Positions 1-9,448 of a stretch of 64,000 nucleotides of DNA are shown here, in pieces; the first letter of the stretch is position 1, and the number at the start of each line of letters is the position of its first letter. The stretch comes from an uncultured Elusimicrobiaceae bacterium (GTDB lineage Bacteria; Elusimicrobiota; Elusimicrobia; Elusimicrobiales; UBA9959). The notes beneath the pieces were generated by a model. It worked only from the letters and a program-made list of their open reading frames with translations. It was not told the origin of the DNA and did no database searches. The position numbers and the translations under genes were made by a program. The stretch covers positions 13,377 to 77,376 of the forward strand of contig CAYPYG010000009.1 of NCBI GenBank assembly GCA_964415175.1, in the 5' to 3' direction.

Positions 1-2
1 GC

Positions 3-152
3 CTGGTCATGACCGCGGTCATCCGCAAGGTCTTCGCCGAGAAGCCCGCCGAGTTCGACCCGCGCAAGTACCTGGGCCCGGCCCGCGAAGAACTGATCAA
101 GATGTACATCGACAAGAACACCAACGTGCTCGGCTCGGCCGGGCGCGTTTAA
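3..152 (+). CDS. fba: Class II fructose-bisphosphate aldolase, C-terminal fragment (5'-truncated by the window)
   Basis: Manual translation LVMTAVIRKVFAEKPAEFDPRKYLGPAREELIKMY...NVLGSAGRV*; FDPRKYLGPAR is the class II FBA C-terminal signature. Confidence 0.9.
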   Translation: MVMTAVIRKVFAEKPAEFDPRKYLGPAREELIKMYIDKNTNVLGSAGRV

Positions 153-170
153 GCCGGGAGAGAGGACGGG

Positions 171-200
171 AAGCCCGGCCGCGCGCCGGGCTTTCCATTT
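171..200 (+). terminator. Putative intrinsic terminator after fba
   Basis: AAGCCCGGC-CGC-GCCGGGCTT hairpin followed by a weak T-rich tail. Confidence 0.5.
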
Positions 201-202
201 AT

Positions 203-1459
203 ATGGATACAGACGCCGACATCGCAGTGGTAGGGGGCGGGGCCTCCGGGCTGGCCGCGGCCGTTGAGGCGGCGCGCGCGGGGGCCTCGGTCGTCGTCCT
301 GGAGAAGAACCATGTCCCCGGACGAAAGGTGCTCTCCACCGGTTCAGGCAAATGCAATTTCTCCAACCTCCGGGTCGGACCGTCGGATTACAACGCCGCC
401 GCCCGGCCTTTCCTGAAAAAGACCTTCGCCGCCCTCGCTCCCGCCAGGACCCGCGCTTTCTTCGAAGAACTGGGCCTTCTTTCCGTCGAAGGGGAAAGCG
501 GGCGCCTCTTTCCCCGCTCCATGCGCGCGCAGGACGTGGTAGCGCTGCTCTGCAACGAGCTGGCTTTCCGCGGCGGCAGGATCGCGACGCTCACGGAGGT
601 CTCGGCCATAAAGCCCGCCGCCGGGGCCTTCGAAATTACGGCGCGGCGGGTGGCTCCGAAATGGGACAAAAAAGCCGCGGGCGGGGACCCCGCGGTTTTC
701 CGCGCGCGCCGCGTGATACTGGCCGCGGGCGGCGCCGCCTACCCGCAGATCGGCGGGGGGGAAGGCGGCTGCGCGCTGCTGAAGTCCCTGGGGCACAAGG
801 TGTCGGCTCTTTCGCCCTCTATCGTTCCCCTGCGCACGCTCAAGCCGCCGCCGAAGGAGCTCGACGGAGTGCGCCTGTCGGCCGCGCTCAAGCTGGTCTC
901 CGGCGACCGCGTCCTGGCGGAGTCGTCGGGCGAACTGCTTTTCACCGCCTACGGCCTCTCCGGCCCCGCCGTTCTCGACCTGAGCCGGGCCGCCGTCGCG
1001 GCCCTCGGCGCCGCCCCTGTTTCCATCGAAGCGGATTTCTTCCCCGAAATGACGGCGCCGGCGCTTGAAAAGGCGCTTACGGAGCGCGCCGCCGCCTTCG
1101 CCGGCCGGCCTTTCTCCCATTTCGCCGCGGGATTGCTGAACGATAAAGTCCTTAAGGCCGCCGCGGCTCGGGCCGGGATCCCGTGGGACGCCCCGGTGGG
1201 GCCGGTACAGGCCTTCGCCCGCGAGCTGAAGAGCTTCGCCGCCGCCGTGGCCGGTCCGCTGGGCTTCGAGGACGCCATGGTCACGGCCGGAGGCTGCTCC
1301 CTGGACGGGATAGATCCGGCCTCTTTCGCCTCTAAAAAGGTTCCCGGCCTTTTCGTGACCGGGGAACTGCTGGACGTGGACGGCCGCTCAGGCGGCTTCA
1401 ACCTCCATTTCGCCTGGACCTCCGGCATCCTGGCCGGCCGCGCCGCCGGCCGTTTTTGA
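203..1459 (+). CDS. HI0933/YhiN-family NAD(P)/FAD-dependent flavoprotein
   Basis: GGGASG dinucleotide motif, GRKVLSTGSGKCNFSN, GRLFP, AMVTAGG and GELLDVDGRSGGFNLHFAWTSG family motifs. Confidence 0.9.
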   Translation: MDTDADIAVVGGGASGLAAAVEAARAGASVVVLEKNHVPGRKVLSTGSGKCNFSNLRVGPSDYNAAARPFLKKTFAALAPARTRAFFEELGLLSVEGESGRLFPRSMRAQDVVALLCNELAFRGGRIATLTEVSAIKPAAGAFEITARRVAPKWDKKAAGGDPAVFRARRVILAAGGAAYPQIGGGEGGCALLKSLGHKVSALSPSIVPLRTLKPPPKELDGVRLSAALKLVSGDRVLAESSGELLFTAYGLSGPAVLDLSRAAVAALGAAPVSIEADFFPEMTAPALEKALTERAAAFAGRPFSHFAAGLLNDKVLKAAAARAGIPWDAPVGPVQAFARELKSFAAAVAGPLGFEDAMVTAGGCSLDGIDPASFASKKVPGLFVTGELLDVDGRSGGFNLHFAWTSGILAGRAAGRF

Positions 1460-1497
1460 CCCCCGTCAAAGACAAGTCCTCCCTCAACTGTTACCAT
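1456..1497 (+). promoter_or_regulatory. TTGAC-N4-GTCAA palindrome (CRP/FNR-like) plus extended -10 (TGtTACCAT)
   Basis: TTGAC-CCCC-GTCAA at 1456-1469; TACCAT at 1492-1497, placing the box centre near -41.5. Confidence 0.55.
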
Positions 1498-1525
1498 ATG
1501 GCCGACGGTTCACAGGGGAGGCAGA

Positions 1526-2077
1526 GTGAAACTCATTCTCGTTACTGTTCTTATGGCGGCGGCCATGCCGCTAAGCGCCGGGGAGACGGCCATCGAATCT
1601 CTCCGCGCGGTATCTTTCGATATGCCCGCCGCGGCGGTTCCCGAAGCGCCCGCTCCGGCCGAGCCTAAAGAGGTCAAGCCGGACGGTCTCTACCGGGCTT
1701 ACTGCTGGGGCCGCGCCCCGCACGCGAAGGCGGACGCCGAAGGGATGCCGGCCTCTTTCTGCGTCTCCTCTTTCCAGGTGCAGCTCAGGCCCGATTCCTC
1801 CGCTTTCCTGGTCCTCGCCGGCGAATTATCCGGCGAGTTCCCGATGCAGGTGAAGTTCATCGGCGACGGGCTCTACGCCGGGACGGCCGCGGTCTTCCGC
1901 CGCTACCAGGGCGCGGCCTGCACGGAGGGGACCGACGCGGTGATAGAGATAACCGTAAAGATGGACGCCAGGGGCGCCATAATCGAGGAGCCCTCCCTTA
2001 AAGCCTTCTACGGCAGTACGTCCGACGTCTGCCATTCGGGCTGGGACTACGCGGAGATATTCTACCTCCGCCGCTGA
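1526..2077 (+). CDS. Secreted hypothetical protein
   Basis: GTG start after GGGGAGG; Sec signal peptide, Pro/Ala-rich linker, beta-rich domain with 4 Cys; followed by a terminator. Confidence 0.75.
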   Translation: MKLILVTVLMAAAMPLSAGETAIESLRAVSFDMPAAAVPEAPAPAEPKEVKPDGLYRAYCWGRAPHAKADAEGMPASFCVSSFQVQLRPDSSAFLVLAGELSGEFPMQVKFIGDGLYAGTAAVFRRYQGAACTEGTDAVIEITVKMDARGAIIEEPSLKAFYGSTSDVCHSGWDYAEIFYLRR

Positions 2078-2092
2078 GCCCGCCCCTCTTTA

Positions 2093-2130
2093 AAAGAGAA
2101 GGCCGCCCGTAAGGGCGGCCTTTCTGTTTT
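2093..2130. terminator. Bidirectional intrinsic terminator
   Basis: GAAGGCCGCCC-GTAA-GGGCGGCCTTT flanked by A-rich and T-rich tracts between convergent genes. Confidence 0.8.
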
Positions 2131-2144
2131 AAGCGGGGGAAGGC

Positions 2145-3149
2145 TCAATGTTTCAGTACAAGGACGGCCAGTTCATAGCAGGCGGCGCCTATGACGGCAG
2201 ATCCGGGTATCGTCAGGACCCAGGCCCAGACTATCTGCCCGGCGACGCCCCATTTTACGGCGCTGAAGCGCTTGATTGTGCCGACCCCCATTATGGCGCC
2301 GGTTATGGTATGCGTGGTGCTGACCGGCACGCCCAGCGCGGAAGCCGTGTAGAGGCTCAGGGCGCCGGCGGCTTCGGCGGAGAAGCCGTCTATGGGCTTA
2401 AGCTTGGAGATCTTGGTCCCCATCGTCCTGACTATGCGCCAGCCGCCGAAAAGAGTGCCTATCCCCATGGCCGCGTAGCAGGCCATGGCCACCCAGGCGG
2501 GGACCCTGAACTCGCCCTGCATATAGCCGGCGCTGAAAAGCAGCCCGGTTATCAGGCCCATGGTCTTCTGCGCGTCGTTGCCGCCGTGCCCCACGCAGTA
2601 GGCGGCGGAGGAGATCAGCTGGAACTGCTTGAACGACCTGTTGACCTGGCTCGGGGTGTAGGAGGAGGCGAGGCGGTAGAATACGGTGGCCAGGATTATG
2701 CCGAGCAGCAGGCCCAGCAGAGGGGATATCACGATGAAGGCCACTATCATGAGTATGCCTTTCATGATCAGGGCCCCGGGACCCGCCTTGACCAGGGCGG
2801 CGCCGGCCAGGCCGCCCATCAGGGCGTGCGAGGAGCTGGAAGGCATGCCGAAATACCAGGTGATGATGTTCCAGGCGCAGGCCCCGGCGAGGGCCCCGAA
2901 GACCACGAAGTTGTCCACCACGCCGATATCGACGATCCCTTTGCCGACGGTCTTGGCGACCTCGTGGTTGAAGATGAAAAAGGCGACCACGTTGAAGAAG
3001 GCCGCCCAGACCACCGCCTGGCGGGGGGAGAAGAGGCGGGTGGAGACGGCCGTGGCTATGGAGTTGGCGGCGTCGTGAAAACCGTTGAGGAAGTCGAAGA
3101 CCAGGGCCAGGGCCACCAGGAAAACGACGCCCAGGAGGATGCTATCCAT
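2145..3149 (-). CDS. pit: PiT-family inorganic phosphate transporter
   Basis: NGFHDAANSIAT, GMPSSSSHAL, GHGGNDAQKTMG and PVSTTH signature motifs. Confidence 0.95.
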   Translation of the reverse strand: MDSILLGVVFLVALALVFDFLNGFHDAANSIATAVSTRLFSPRQAVVWAAFFNVVAFFIFNHEVAKTVGKGIVDIGVVDNFVVFGALAGACAWNIITWYFGMPSSSSHALMGGLAGAALVKAGPGALIMKGILMIVAFIVISPLLGLLLGIILATVFYRLASSYTPSQVNRSFKQFQLISSAAYCVGHGGNDAQKTMGLITGLLFSAGYMQGEFRVPAWVAMACYAAMGIGTLFGGWRIVRTMGTKISKLKPIDGFSAEAAGALSLYTASALGVPVSTTHTITGAIMGVGTIKRFSAVKWGVAGQIVWAWVLTIPGSAVIGAACYELAVLVLKH

Positions 3150-3768
3150 GCTTTACCAGTATCCCCTCGATGGTCTTGGCGACGTGCTCGCAGACGTCGA
3201 GCGTGCCCTCGGCCACCTCGTAGACCTCTTTCCATTTCATTATCTGCAGCGGGTCCTTTTCCTTCTCGAAGAGCTCGCTGATGGCCTTCTCGCGCAGCTG
3301 GTCGCCCATGTTCTCCAGGCGGTTAATCTCTATGCAGTAGTCGGTGACGCGGCGGGCCCGCTTGGTGTCGTGCAGATGCTTCACCGCGTTGGAGAGGGCG
3401 CGCGCGGACTGCTCGATATAGTCCATGAACAGGGTCAGGTTCTCGTCGCGGGGGTCGAGCTTGTAAAGCTTCATGCGCGAGGTGATGGCGTTTATCAGGT
3501 CCATCACGTCGTCGAGCGTATTGGCCAGCGCGTAGATGTCCTCCCGGTCCAGGGGGGTGATGAAGGTGCGGTTGAGCATGTCGGTGATCTCGTGGGAGAG
3601 AGTGTCGCCCTCGTGCTCGAAATCCTTTATCTTCTTCACGGTCTCCTCGCAGACCGAATCCTTCTTGATGGCGTGCCGCAGATACTCGGAGGCCTTGACG
3701 ATGTTCTCGGCCTGCAGCGCGAGGTAATCGAAGAATTTGACTTCTTTGGGGACCAGGTTGAAACCCAT
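3142..3768 (-). CDS. DUF47 (PhoU-like) phosphate transport regulator
   Basis: EHEGD...FITPLDREDI...ENMGD motifs; coupled to pit; AAGGAG SD. Confidence 0.9.
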   Translation of the reverse strand: MGFNLVPKEVKFFDYLALQAENIVKASEYLRHAIKKDSVCEETVKKIKDFEHEGDTLSHEITDMLNRTFITPLDREDIYALANTLDDVMDLINAITSRMKLYKLDPRDENLTLFMDYIEQSARALSNAVKHLHDTKRARRVTDYCIEINRLENMGDQLREKAISELFEKEKDPLQIMKWKEVYEVAEGTLDVCEHVAKTIEGILVKHG

Positions 3769-3846
3769 CTTAATCTCCTTGCCGGGCGGGATAGTTAAAT
3801 TATATCCTTTTTCCCCCGAGCCCCGTCAAAGCCCAAGGAGAGCGCC

Positions 3847-5079
3847 ATGGACTTCAAAAAAGAACTTTACGCCAGGCTGGAGAGGTACTGCAAGGTGGAC
3901 ACGCGGTCGGACCCGGACTCCAAAACCTTCCCTTCCACCAGAAAACAACTCGTCCTGCTGAAGATGCTGGCGGCCGAACTGAAGAGGATCGGGGCGAAAA
4001 AAGTGAAGATGGACCGCCGGGGCTACGTGACGGCGGAACTGCCCCCGACCGTCAAGGGGAAGAAGCCGGCCATCGGTTTCCTGGCGCACGCCGACACCTC
4101 GCCCGACGCCTCCGGCGCCGGCGTCAGGCCGCAGGTGCACAGGGCCTGGAAAGGCGGCGATATCGTCATCAGCCGCCGGCACGGGGTCATACTCAATAAA
4201 AAGAACTGTCCCGAATTGGCCGGCAGGGAGGGGGAGGATATTGTCACCGCCTCGGGCGACACGCTGCTCGGCGCCGACAATAAGGCCGGCATCGCGATCA
4301 TAATGACCGTCGCCGAGTACCTGCTCAAGAACCCCGGAATACCGCACGGCACCCTGAAAATAGGCTTCACGCCCGACGAGGAAGTGGGCCAGGGCGTCAA
4401 ACATTTCGATGTTAAGGCCTTCGGCGCGGACTACGCGTATACCGTGGACGGCGACGTGGCCGGCACCATAGAGGAGGAGACCTTCAACGCCGACGGCGTT
4501 AAGATAGAGATAACGGGCAAGAGCGTCCATCCCGGCACGGCCAAGAACGCGCTGGCCAACGCGGTGCGCATAGCCGCCGATATCGCCGCCTCCTGGCCCG
4601 AGAACATGCTCCCCGAGACCACCGAGAAGCGCGAAGGCTTCATCATGTTCACCGACCTCTCGGCCGGCATCGAGAAGGCGGAACTTACGGGGATAGTCCG
4701 GGAACACGACCTGAAAAAGCTCAAATCCATGGAGAGACAGCTGGAAGCGATAGTCGCGGCCAAACGTCTCAAGTATCCGCTCGCGGACATAAAGCTCTCT
4801 TTCCGCGAGCAGTACCGCAATATGGGGACAGTAATGGCGAAGCACCCCGTGGTCATGGAAAAGCTCAAAAGCGCCGTCCGCGCCGCGGGCCTGGAACCGA
4901 AGATAAAGCCCGTGCGCGGCGGTACCGACGGGGCCCGCCTCTCCTACATGGGTCTGCCTACGCCGAACGTCTTCACCGGCGGCTACAATTACCACGGCCG
5001 CTACGAATGGGTCTCGCTCGACGGCATGAACAAGTCGGCCGAAGTCCTTATAAACCTGGTCCGCGAATGGGCGAAGTGA
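3847..5079 (+). CDS. pepT: Peptidase T (tripeptide aminopeptidase, M20B)
   Basis: GFLAHADTS, TLLGADNKAGIA, FTPDEEVG, HPGTAK, RGGTDGARLS, HGRYEW motifs. Confidence 0.95.
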   Translation: MDFKKELYARLERYCKVDTRSDPDSKTFPSTRKQLVLLKMLAAELKRIGAKKVKMDRRGYVTAELPPTVKGKKPAIGFLAHADTSPDASGAGVRPQVHRAWKGGDIVISRRHGVILNKKNCPELAGREGEDIVTASGDTLLGADNKAGIAIIMTVAEYLLKNPGIPHGTLKIGFTPDEEVGQGVKHFDVKAFGADYAYTVDGDVAGTIEEETFNADGVKIEITGKSVHPGTAKNALANAVRIAADIAASWPENMLPETTEKREGFIMFTDLSAGIEKAELTGIVREHDLKKLKSMERQLEAIVAAKRLKYPLADIKLSFREQYRNMGTVMAKHPVVMEKLKSAVRAAGLEPKIKPVRGGTDGARLSYMGLPTPNVFTGGYNYHGRYEWVSLDGMNKSAEVLINLVREWAK

Positions 5080-5084
5080 GGCCG

Positions 5085-6311
5085 ATGAAAGCGTTCCTGG
5101 CCGCATTCTTCCTCTCCGCCGCCCTGACCGCCGCCGCGCAGCCGCCCGAGCCGCGGGACCTCGCGCTGGACGAAGCGTATAAGCTGGCCCTGGCCCGCAG
5201 CGAGGAACTGGCAGCCTCGGCCGAAGGCGTGAAGCAGCTCGAATACGCCGAACGCCAGATCCGCGCGGCCTTCCGGCCTTCCCTTTACGGCTTCGCCTCC
5301 GAGACCGTCGGCGGGGGGATGAGCGGCCGGGCCCAGGCCGGCGTCGCCCTCGATTACAACCTTTTCTCCGGCATGCGCGATTACCTGGCCGCGAAGTCCG
5401 CCGGTCTGCGTTCGGAAGCCGCCGCGCTGGCCCTGGCCCGCGCCAGGGAGGCCCTCTACCGCGACACGGCCCGGGCTTATGTGAACCTCTACGAGCTGGG
5501 CGCCGAGATCCGCATAAGGCGCGAGCAGCTCAAAGTCGCCGAAGGACGGCTCAAGGAACTGGAATCCCGCGCGGCCATAGGCCGCAGCCGGCGCAGCGAA
5601 GTGGTGGAAGCCCGCGCCCGGCTGGCCCAGGACGAGGCCTCGCTGCAGGCGGCCCTCTCCGACGAGGAAGGGGCGCGCTTCACTTTCGCCTTCATCACCG
5701 GCCTGGGAACGGGGCCGCGCCTGGCCGAACTGCCGGTCCCGCAGCCCGGGCCCGTCGGGAACTATCTCGCCCGGGCCGCCGGCCGCCGCGACGTGGCCGC
5801 CGCGCGCAAGGCCCTGGAGGCGGCCGAGAGCGAAGCGAAGGCGGGAGACCGCCTTGTATGGCCTTCCCTGGACCTGTCCGCCGACTACTATCTCAAGCGC
5901 CCCTCTCCAAACGAGAAGAAGGACTGGGAAGCGGCGCTCTCGCTGAAGTTCCCTTTCTATACGGGCGGCTACGCCTCAGCCGCGGCGGAGCAGTACCGCT
6001 CCCGGGCCGAGGCCGCGCGCCTGGACCTGCGCCTGGCCGAAAGGCGGGCCGCCGACGAGGTCGGCCGGGCCCACTCCGCGCTGGCCCGCGCCATAGCCGT
6101 GGCCGATTCTCTCGATAAAGCCCTGGCTCTGGCCCTGGAGAACTCGGAACTCCAGGCCGCCGATTATAAGAACGGCCTGGTCACCAATATCGACGTGCTC
6201 AACGCCCAGAATTCGGTGCTGCAGACCGCTCTTTCGCTGGAGCAGGCCAGGGCCCGCGCGGCCTACGCCGCGGTGGAGCTGGAGATAGCCGCCGGCACGG
6301 AGAAGCAATGA
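5085..6311 (+). CDS. TolC-family outer membrane efflux protein
   Basis: Start reassigned to ATG 5085 (MKAFLAA, signal peptide); helical OEP repeats, YKNGLVTNIDVLNAQ motif; overlaps the RND gene (ATGA). Confidence 0.85.
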   Translation: MKAFLAAFFLSAALTAAAQPPEPRDLALDEAYKLALARSEELAASAEGVKQLEYAERQIRAAFRPSLYGFASETVGGGMSGRAQAGVALDYNLFSGMRDYLAAKSAGLRSEAAALALARAREALYRDTARAYVNLYELGAEIRIRREQLKVAEGRLKELESRAAIGRSRRSEVVEARARLAQDEASLQAALSDEEGARFTFAFITGLGTGPRLAELPVPQPGPVGNYLARAAGRRDVAAARKALEAAESEAKAGDRLVWPSLDLSADYYLKRPSPNEKKDWEAALSLKFPFYTGGYASAAAEQYRSRAEAARLDLRLAERRAADEVGRAHSALARAIAVADSLDKALALALENSELQAADYKNGLVTNIDVLNAQNSVLQTALSLEQARARAAYAAVELEIAAGTEKQ

Positions 6312-9300
6312 CCCTTTCCGACCTTTCTATAAAGCGCCCCGTCTTCGCCTGGATGATCATGGCCGGGCTGATAACCTTCGGCGCCATCGCCTTCTTCCGC
6401 ATGGGCATCAGCCAGCTGCCCGACGTGGACTATCCCGTGGTCAGCGTCAGCGTGGACCTCGAGGGCGCGGCCCCCGAGGTCATGGAGACGCAGGTCACCG
6501 ACGTGCTCGAAGGCGCCGTGATGACCATCGCCGGCATACGCGACATTTCCTCGGTCTCGCGCCGCGGCTCGGCCCGCATCACGCTGGAGTTCGAGCTCGA
6601 GCACGACATAGACGACGCCATGCAGGAGGTTCAGGCCAAGGTGTCGCAGGCCCAGCGCCGCCTGCCGCGCGACATAGACCCGCCGATAGTCACCAAGACC
6701 AACCCCGAGGACCAGCCGATAATCTGGATCGCGCTTTCCGGCGACAGGCCGCTCACCGACCTGATGAACTACACCAACGACGTGCTGCGCGACCAGCTCA
6801 GCATCATCGAGGGCGTGGGAGACGTGACGATGGGCGGCTACACCGACCCGGCCCTGCGCGTCTGGCTGGACGCCGACAAGCTGGACGCGGCCCAACTGAC
6901 CGTGACCGACATCATGAACGCCATCACGGCCCAGCACGCCGAGCAGCCCGCGGGCTACATAGACACGGGCAAGAAAGAGTTCAATGTCCGCGTCCTGGGC
7001 GAAGCGCCGACTCCCGAGGCCTTCTCCCGTATGGTCATACAGGCCCGCGGCGGCGCTGCCATCTGGCGCACCTACCGCATAGGCGACGTCGCGACGGTGG
7101 AGGACGGCCTGGACGACGTCCGCAGGATCGCGCGCAGCCAGGGCCAGAGGGCGGTGGGGCTGGGCGTCCGCAAGCAGCGCGGCGCCAACGCGGTCGCCAC
7201 GGGGCGGATGGTCAAGGAGAAACTGGAACTCATCAAGAAGGACCTGCCCGAGGGTATGAGGCTGGAGATAGTCAACGACGCCACCCGCTTCATCGAGGAA
7301 TCCACCCACGAGCTCAACTTCACCCTGGTGCTCTCGGCCCTGCTCACCGCGGCCGCCTGCTGGCTGTTCCTCGGCTCCTGGTCCTCCACTCTCAATGTCC
7401 TGCTCGCCATACCCACTTCCATCGTCGGCGCCTTCATCGTGCTCTATTTCATGGGCTTCACGCTCAACACCTTCACGCTGCTGGGCCTGACGCTGGCCAT
7501 CGGCATAGTGGTGGACGACGCGATAATGATGCTCGAGAACATCGTGCGCCACAACGAGAAGGGGGAGGGCCGCGTGCGGGCGGCCATAGTCGGCGCGCGC
7601 GAGATGACCTTCCCGGCCATGGCCGCCTCGGTGGCCATCCTGGCCATCTTCATCCCGGTCATCTTCATGGAAGGCATCATCGGCAAGTTCTTCTTCCAGT
7701 TCGGCGTGACGATGACGGCCGCCGTCATGCTCTCGCTGCTGGAAGCCCTCACGCTGACCCCGATGCGCTGTTCGCAGTTCGTCACGGCCGAACGCACGCT
7801 CTGGATAGGCCGGGCGATAGACGCGCTGATGGAGAAGGCCCGCCGCGGTTACGCGGCGCTGCTGCGGCGCCTGCTCGAGCGCCGCTGGACCGTCCTCGCC
7901 GCCGCCACGCTGGTCTTCGCCGCCTCGCTGTCGCTCATAAAGTTCATACCCAGTGAATTCTCTCCCGCCCAGGACCAGAGCCGTTTCCTGGTGCGCGTGC
8001 AGATGCCCGTCGGCACGGCCATGGACGTGACCGCCAGGGCCATGGAAGAGGCCGAGAAATGGGCGCTGGCCCAGCCCAATATCCGCACCTTCATGGCCAA
8101 TACCGGCGGCTTCGGCGGCGGTCAGGTCAACCAGGGCATGATTATGGTGGCGATGAAACCCCCGGCCGAGCGCGTGCCGCTGCCGGGGGAGACGAGGCCG
8201 CCGACGCAGCAGGAGTTCATGCGCTACGCCCGCAAGCCGCTCAATTCCATACCCGGCGTGCGCCGCGTGGCCATACAGGACCCTTCGCTGGGCGGCTTCA
8301 CGGCCCAGCGCGGCTTCCCGATAGAGTTCAGCCTGCGCGGCAAGGACTGGGAGCGGCTGGCCGAATACAGCGAACGGATGATGGAAGGGATGCGCGTCTC
8401 GGGCAAAATGAGCGACGTCGACACCGACTACCAGGAAGGCATGCCCGAGGTGCGCGTGGTGCCCGACCGCGAGAAAGCGGCCGCGCGCGGCGTCAGCGTG
8501 GCCTCCATCGGCGACGCGGTCAACGCGATGATAGGCGGCGTGCGCAGCGGCAAGTTCACGCGCGGCGGCAGGCGCTACGACGTGCGGGTGCAACTGCTCG
8601 ACAAGGACCGCCGCGACGCGCGCGACATCAAGAAGATCTGGGTGCGCAACAACCGCGGCGAGGTGATAAGGCTTTCGGAAGTGGTCAGTATAGTCGAGAA
8701 ACCCACGCTGCTCTCCATCTCGCGCAAGAACCGCGAGCGCGCCATCGGCGTCTTCGCCAACGTGGCCGACGGCGCTTCGCAGGAGGAGGCGATAAAGGAA
8801 GTGCAGCGCCTCGCGAAGGAAATACTGCCGGAAGGGTACAAGGTCGTCTTCTCGGGCACTTCGAAAACCTTCCAGGATTCATTTAAGAGCCTCAACTTCG
8901 CGCTGGTGCTGGGCGTTTTCGTCGCCTACATGATACTCGCTTCGCAGTTCAACAGCTTCGTCCATCCCGTGACGGTGCTGCTGGCTCTTCCGTTCAGCGT
9001 GACCGGCGCCTTCATAGCGCTCAAACTCGGCGGCTATTCCCTGTCCATCTACAGCATGATAGGCATCATCCTGCTGATGGGCATCGTGAAGAAGAATTCC
9101 ATACTGCTGGTGGATTTCACCAATCACCGCCGCCGCGACGGCGGGCTGGGCGTCAACGAGGCCCTGCTGGAGGCCTGCCCGATAAGGCTGCGGCCGATAC
9201 TCATGACCTCTTTCGCCACCATAGCCGCAGCGATACCGCCGGCGTTGGGCTACGGCCCCGGCGCCGAGACGCGCATACCGATGGCGCTGGTGGTAATAGG

Positions 9301-9448
9301 CGGCGTGTTCTTCTCGACGCTGCTGACGCTGCTGGTGGTGCCCTGCGCCTACAGCCTGATGTCGAATCTCGAGAGCCGCCGGCACGAGGCCGCGCTCAAG
9401 ACGGCGCTCAAGGAGCTCGACGAGGCGGGGGAAGAGGGGAAAGTTTAA
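6308..9448 (+). CDS. RND efflux permease (AcrB/HAE1 family)
   Basis: 1046 aa; SIKRPVFA, LAIGIVVDDAIMMLENI, GIVKKNSILLVDF, RLRPILMT motifs. Confidence 0.95.
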   Translation: MTLSDLSIKRPVFAWMIMAGLITFGAIAFFRMGISQLPDVDYPVVSVSVDLEGAAPEVMETQVTDVLEGAVMTIAGIRDISSVSRRGSARITLEFELEHDIDDAMQEVQAKVSQAQRRLPRDIDPPIVTKTNPEDQPIIWIALSGDRPLTDLMNYTNDVLRDQLSIIEGVGDVTMGGYTDPALRVWLDADKLDAAQLTVTDIMNAITAQHAEQPAGYIDTGKKEFNVRVLGEAPTPEAFSRMVIQARGGAAIWRTYRIGDVATVEDGLDDVRRIARSQGQRAVGLGVRKQRGANAVATGRMVKEKLELIKKDLPEGMRLEIVNDATRFIEESTHELNFTLVLSALLTAAACWLFLGSWSSTLNVLLAIPTSIVGAFIVLYFMGFTLNTFTLLGLTLAIGIVVDDAIMMLENIVRHNEKGEGRVRAAIVGAREMTFPAMAASVAILAIFIPVIFMEGIIGKFFFQFGVTMTAAVMLSLLEALTLTPMRCSQFVTAERTLWIGRAIDALMEKARRGYAALLRRLLERRWTVLAAATLVFAASLSLIKFIPSEFSPAQDQSRFLVRVQMPVGTAMDVTARAMEEAEKWALAQPNIRTFMANTGGFGGGQVNQGMIMVAMKPPAERVPLPGETRPPTQQEFMRYARKPLNSIPGVRRVAIQDPSLGGFTAQRGFPIEFSLRGKDWERLAEYSERMMEGMRVSGKMSDVDTDYQEGMPEVRVVPDREKAAARGVSVASIGDAVNAMIGGVRSGKFTRGGRRYDVRVQLLDKDRRDARDIKKIWVRNNRGEVIRLSEVVSIVEKPTLLSISRKNRERAIGVFANVADGASQEEAIKEVQRLAKEILPEGYKVVFSGTSKTFQDSFKSLNFALVLGVFVAYMILASQFNSFVHPVTVLLALPFSVTGAFIALKLGGYSLSIYSMIGIILLMGIVKKNSILLVDFTNHRRRDGGLGVNEALLEACPIRLRPILMTSFATIAAAIPPALGYGPGAETRIPMALVVIGGVFFSTLLTLLVVPCAYSLMSNLESRRHEAALKTALKELDEAGEEGKV

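Noticed and set aside
3816-3830. GTCAA half-sites upstream of pepT (also near 12947 and TTGACA at 58721)
   Set aside because: Only one half matches the palindrome, or it is simply the -35 element; not counted as motif copies.
6263-8593. Long antisense or alternate-frame ORFs over the RND gene (likewise 30806-33484, 46480-48531, 49437-51683, 60787-62253, 62328-63950)
   Set aside because: They overlap well-supported genes on the other strand and have low-complexity R/G/A translations.
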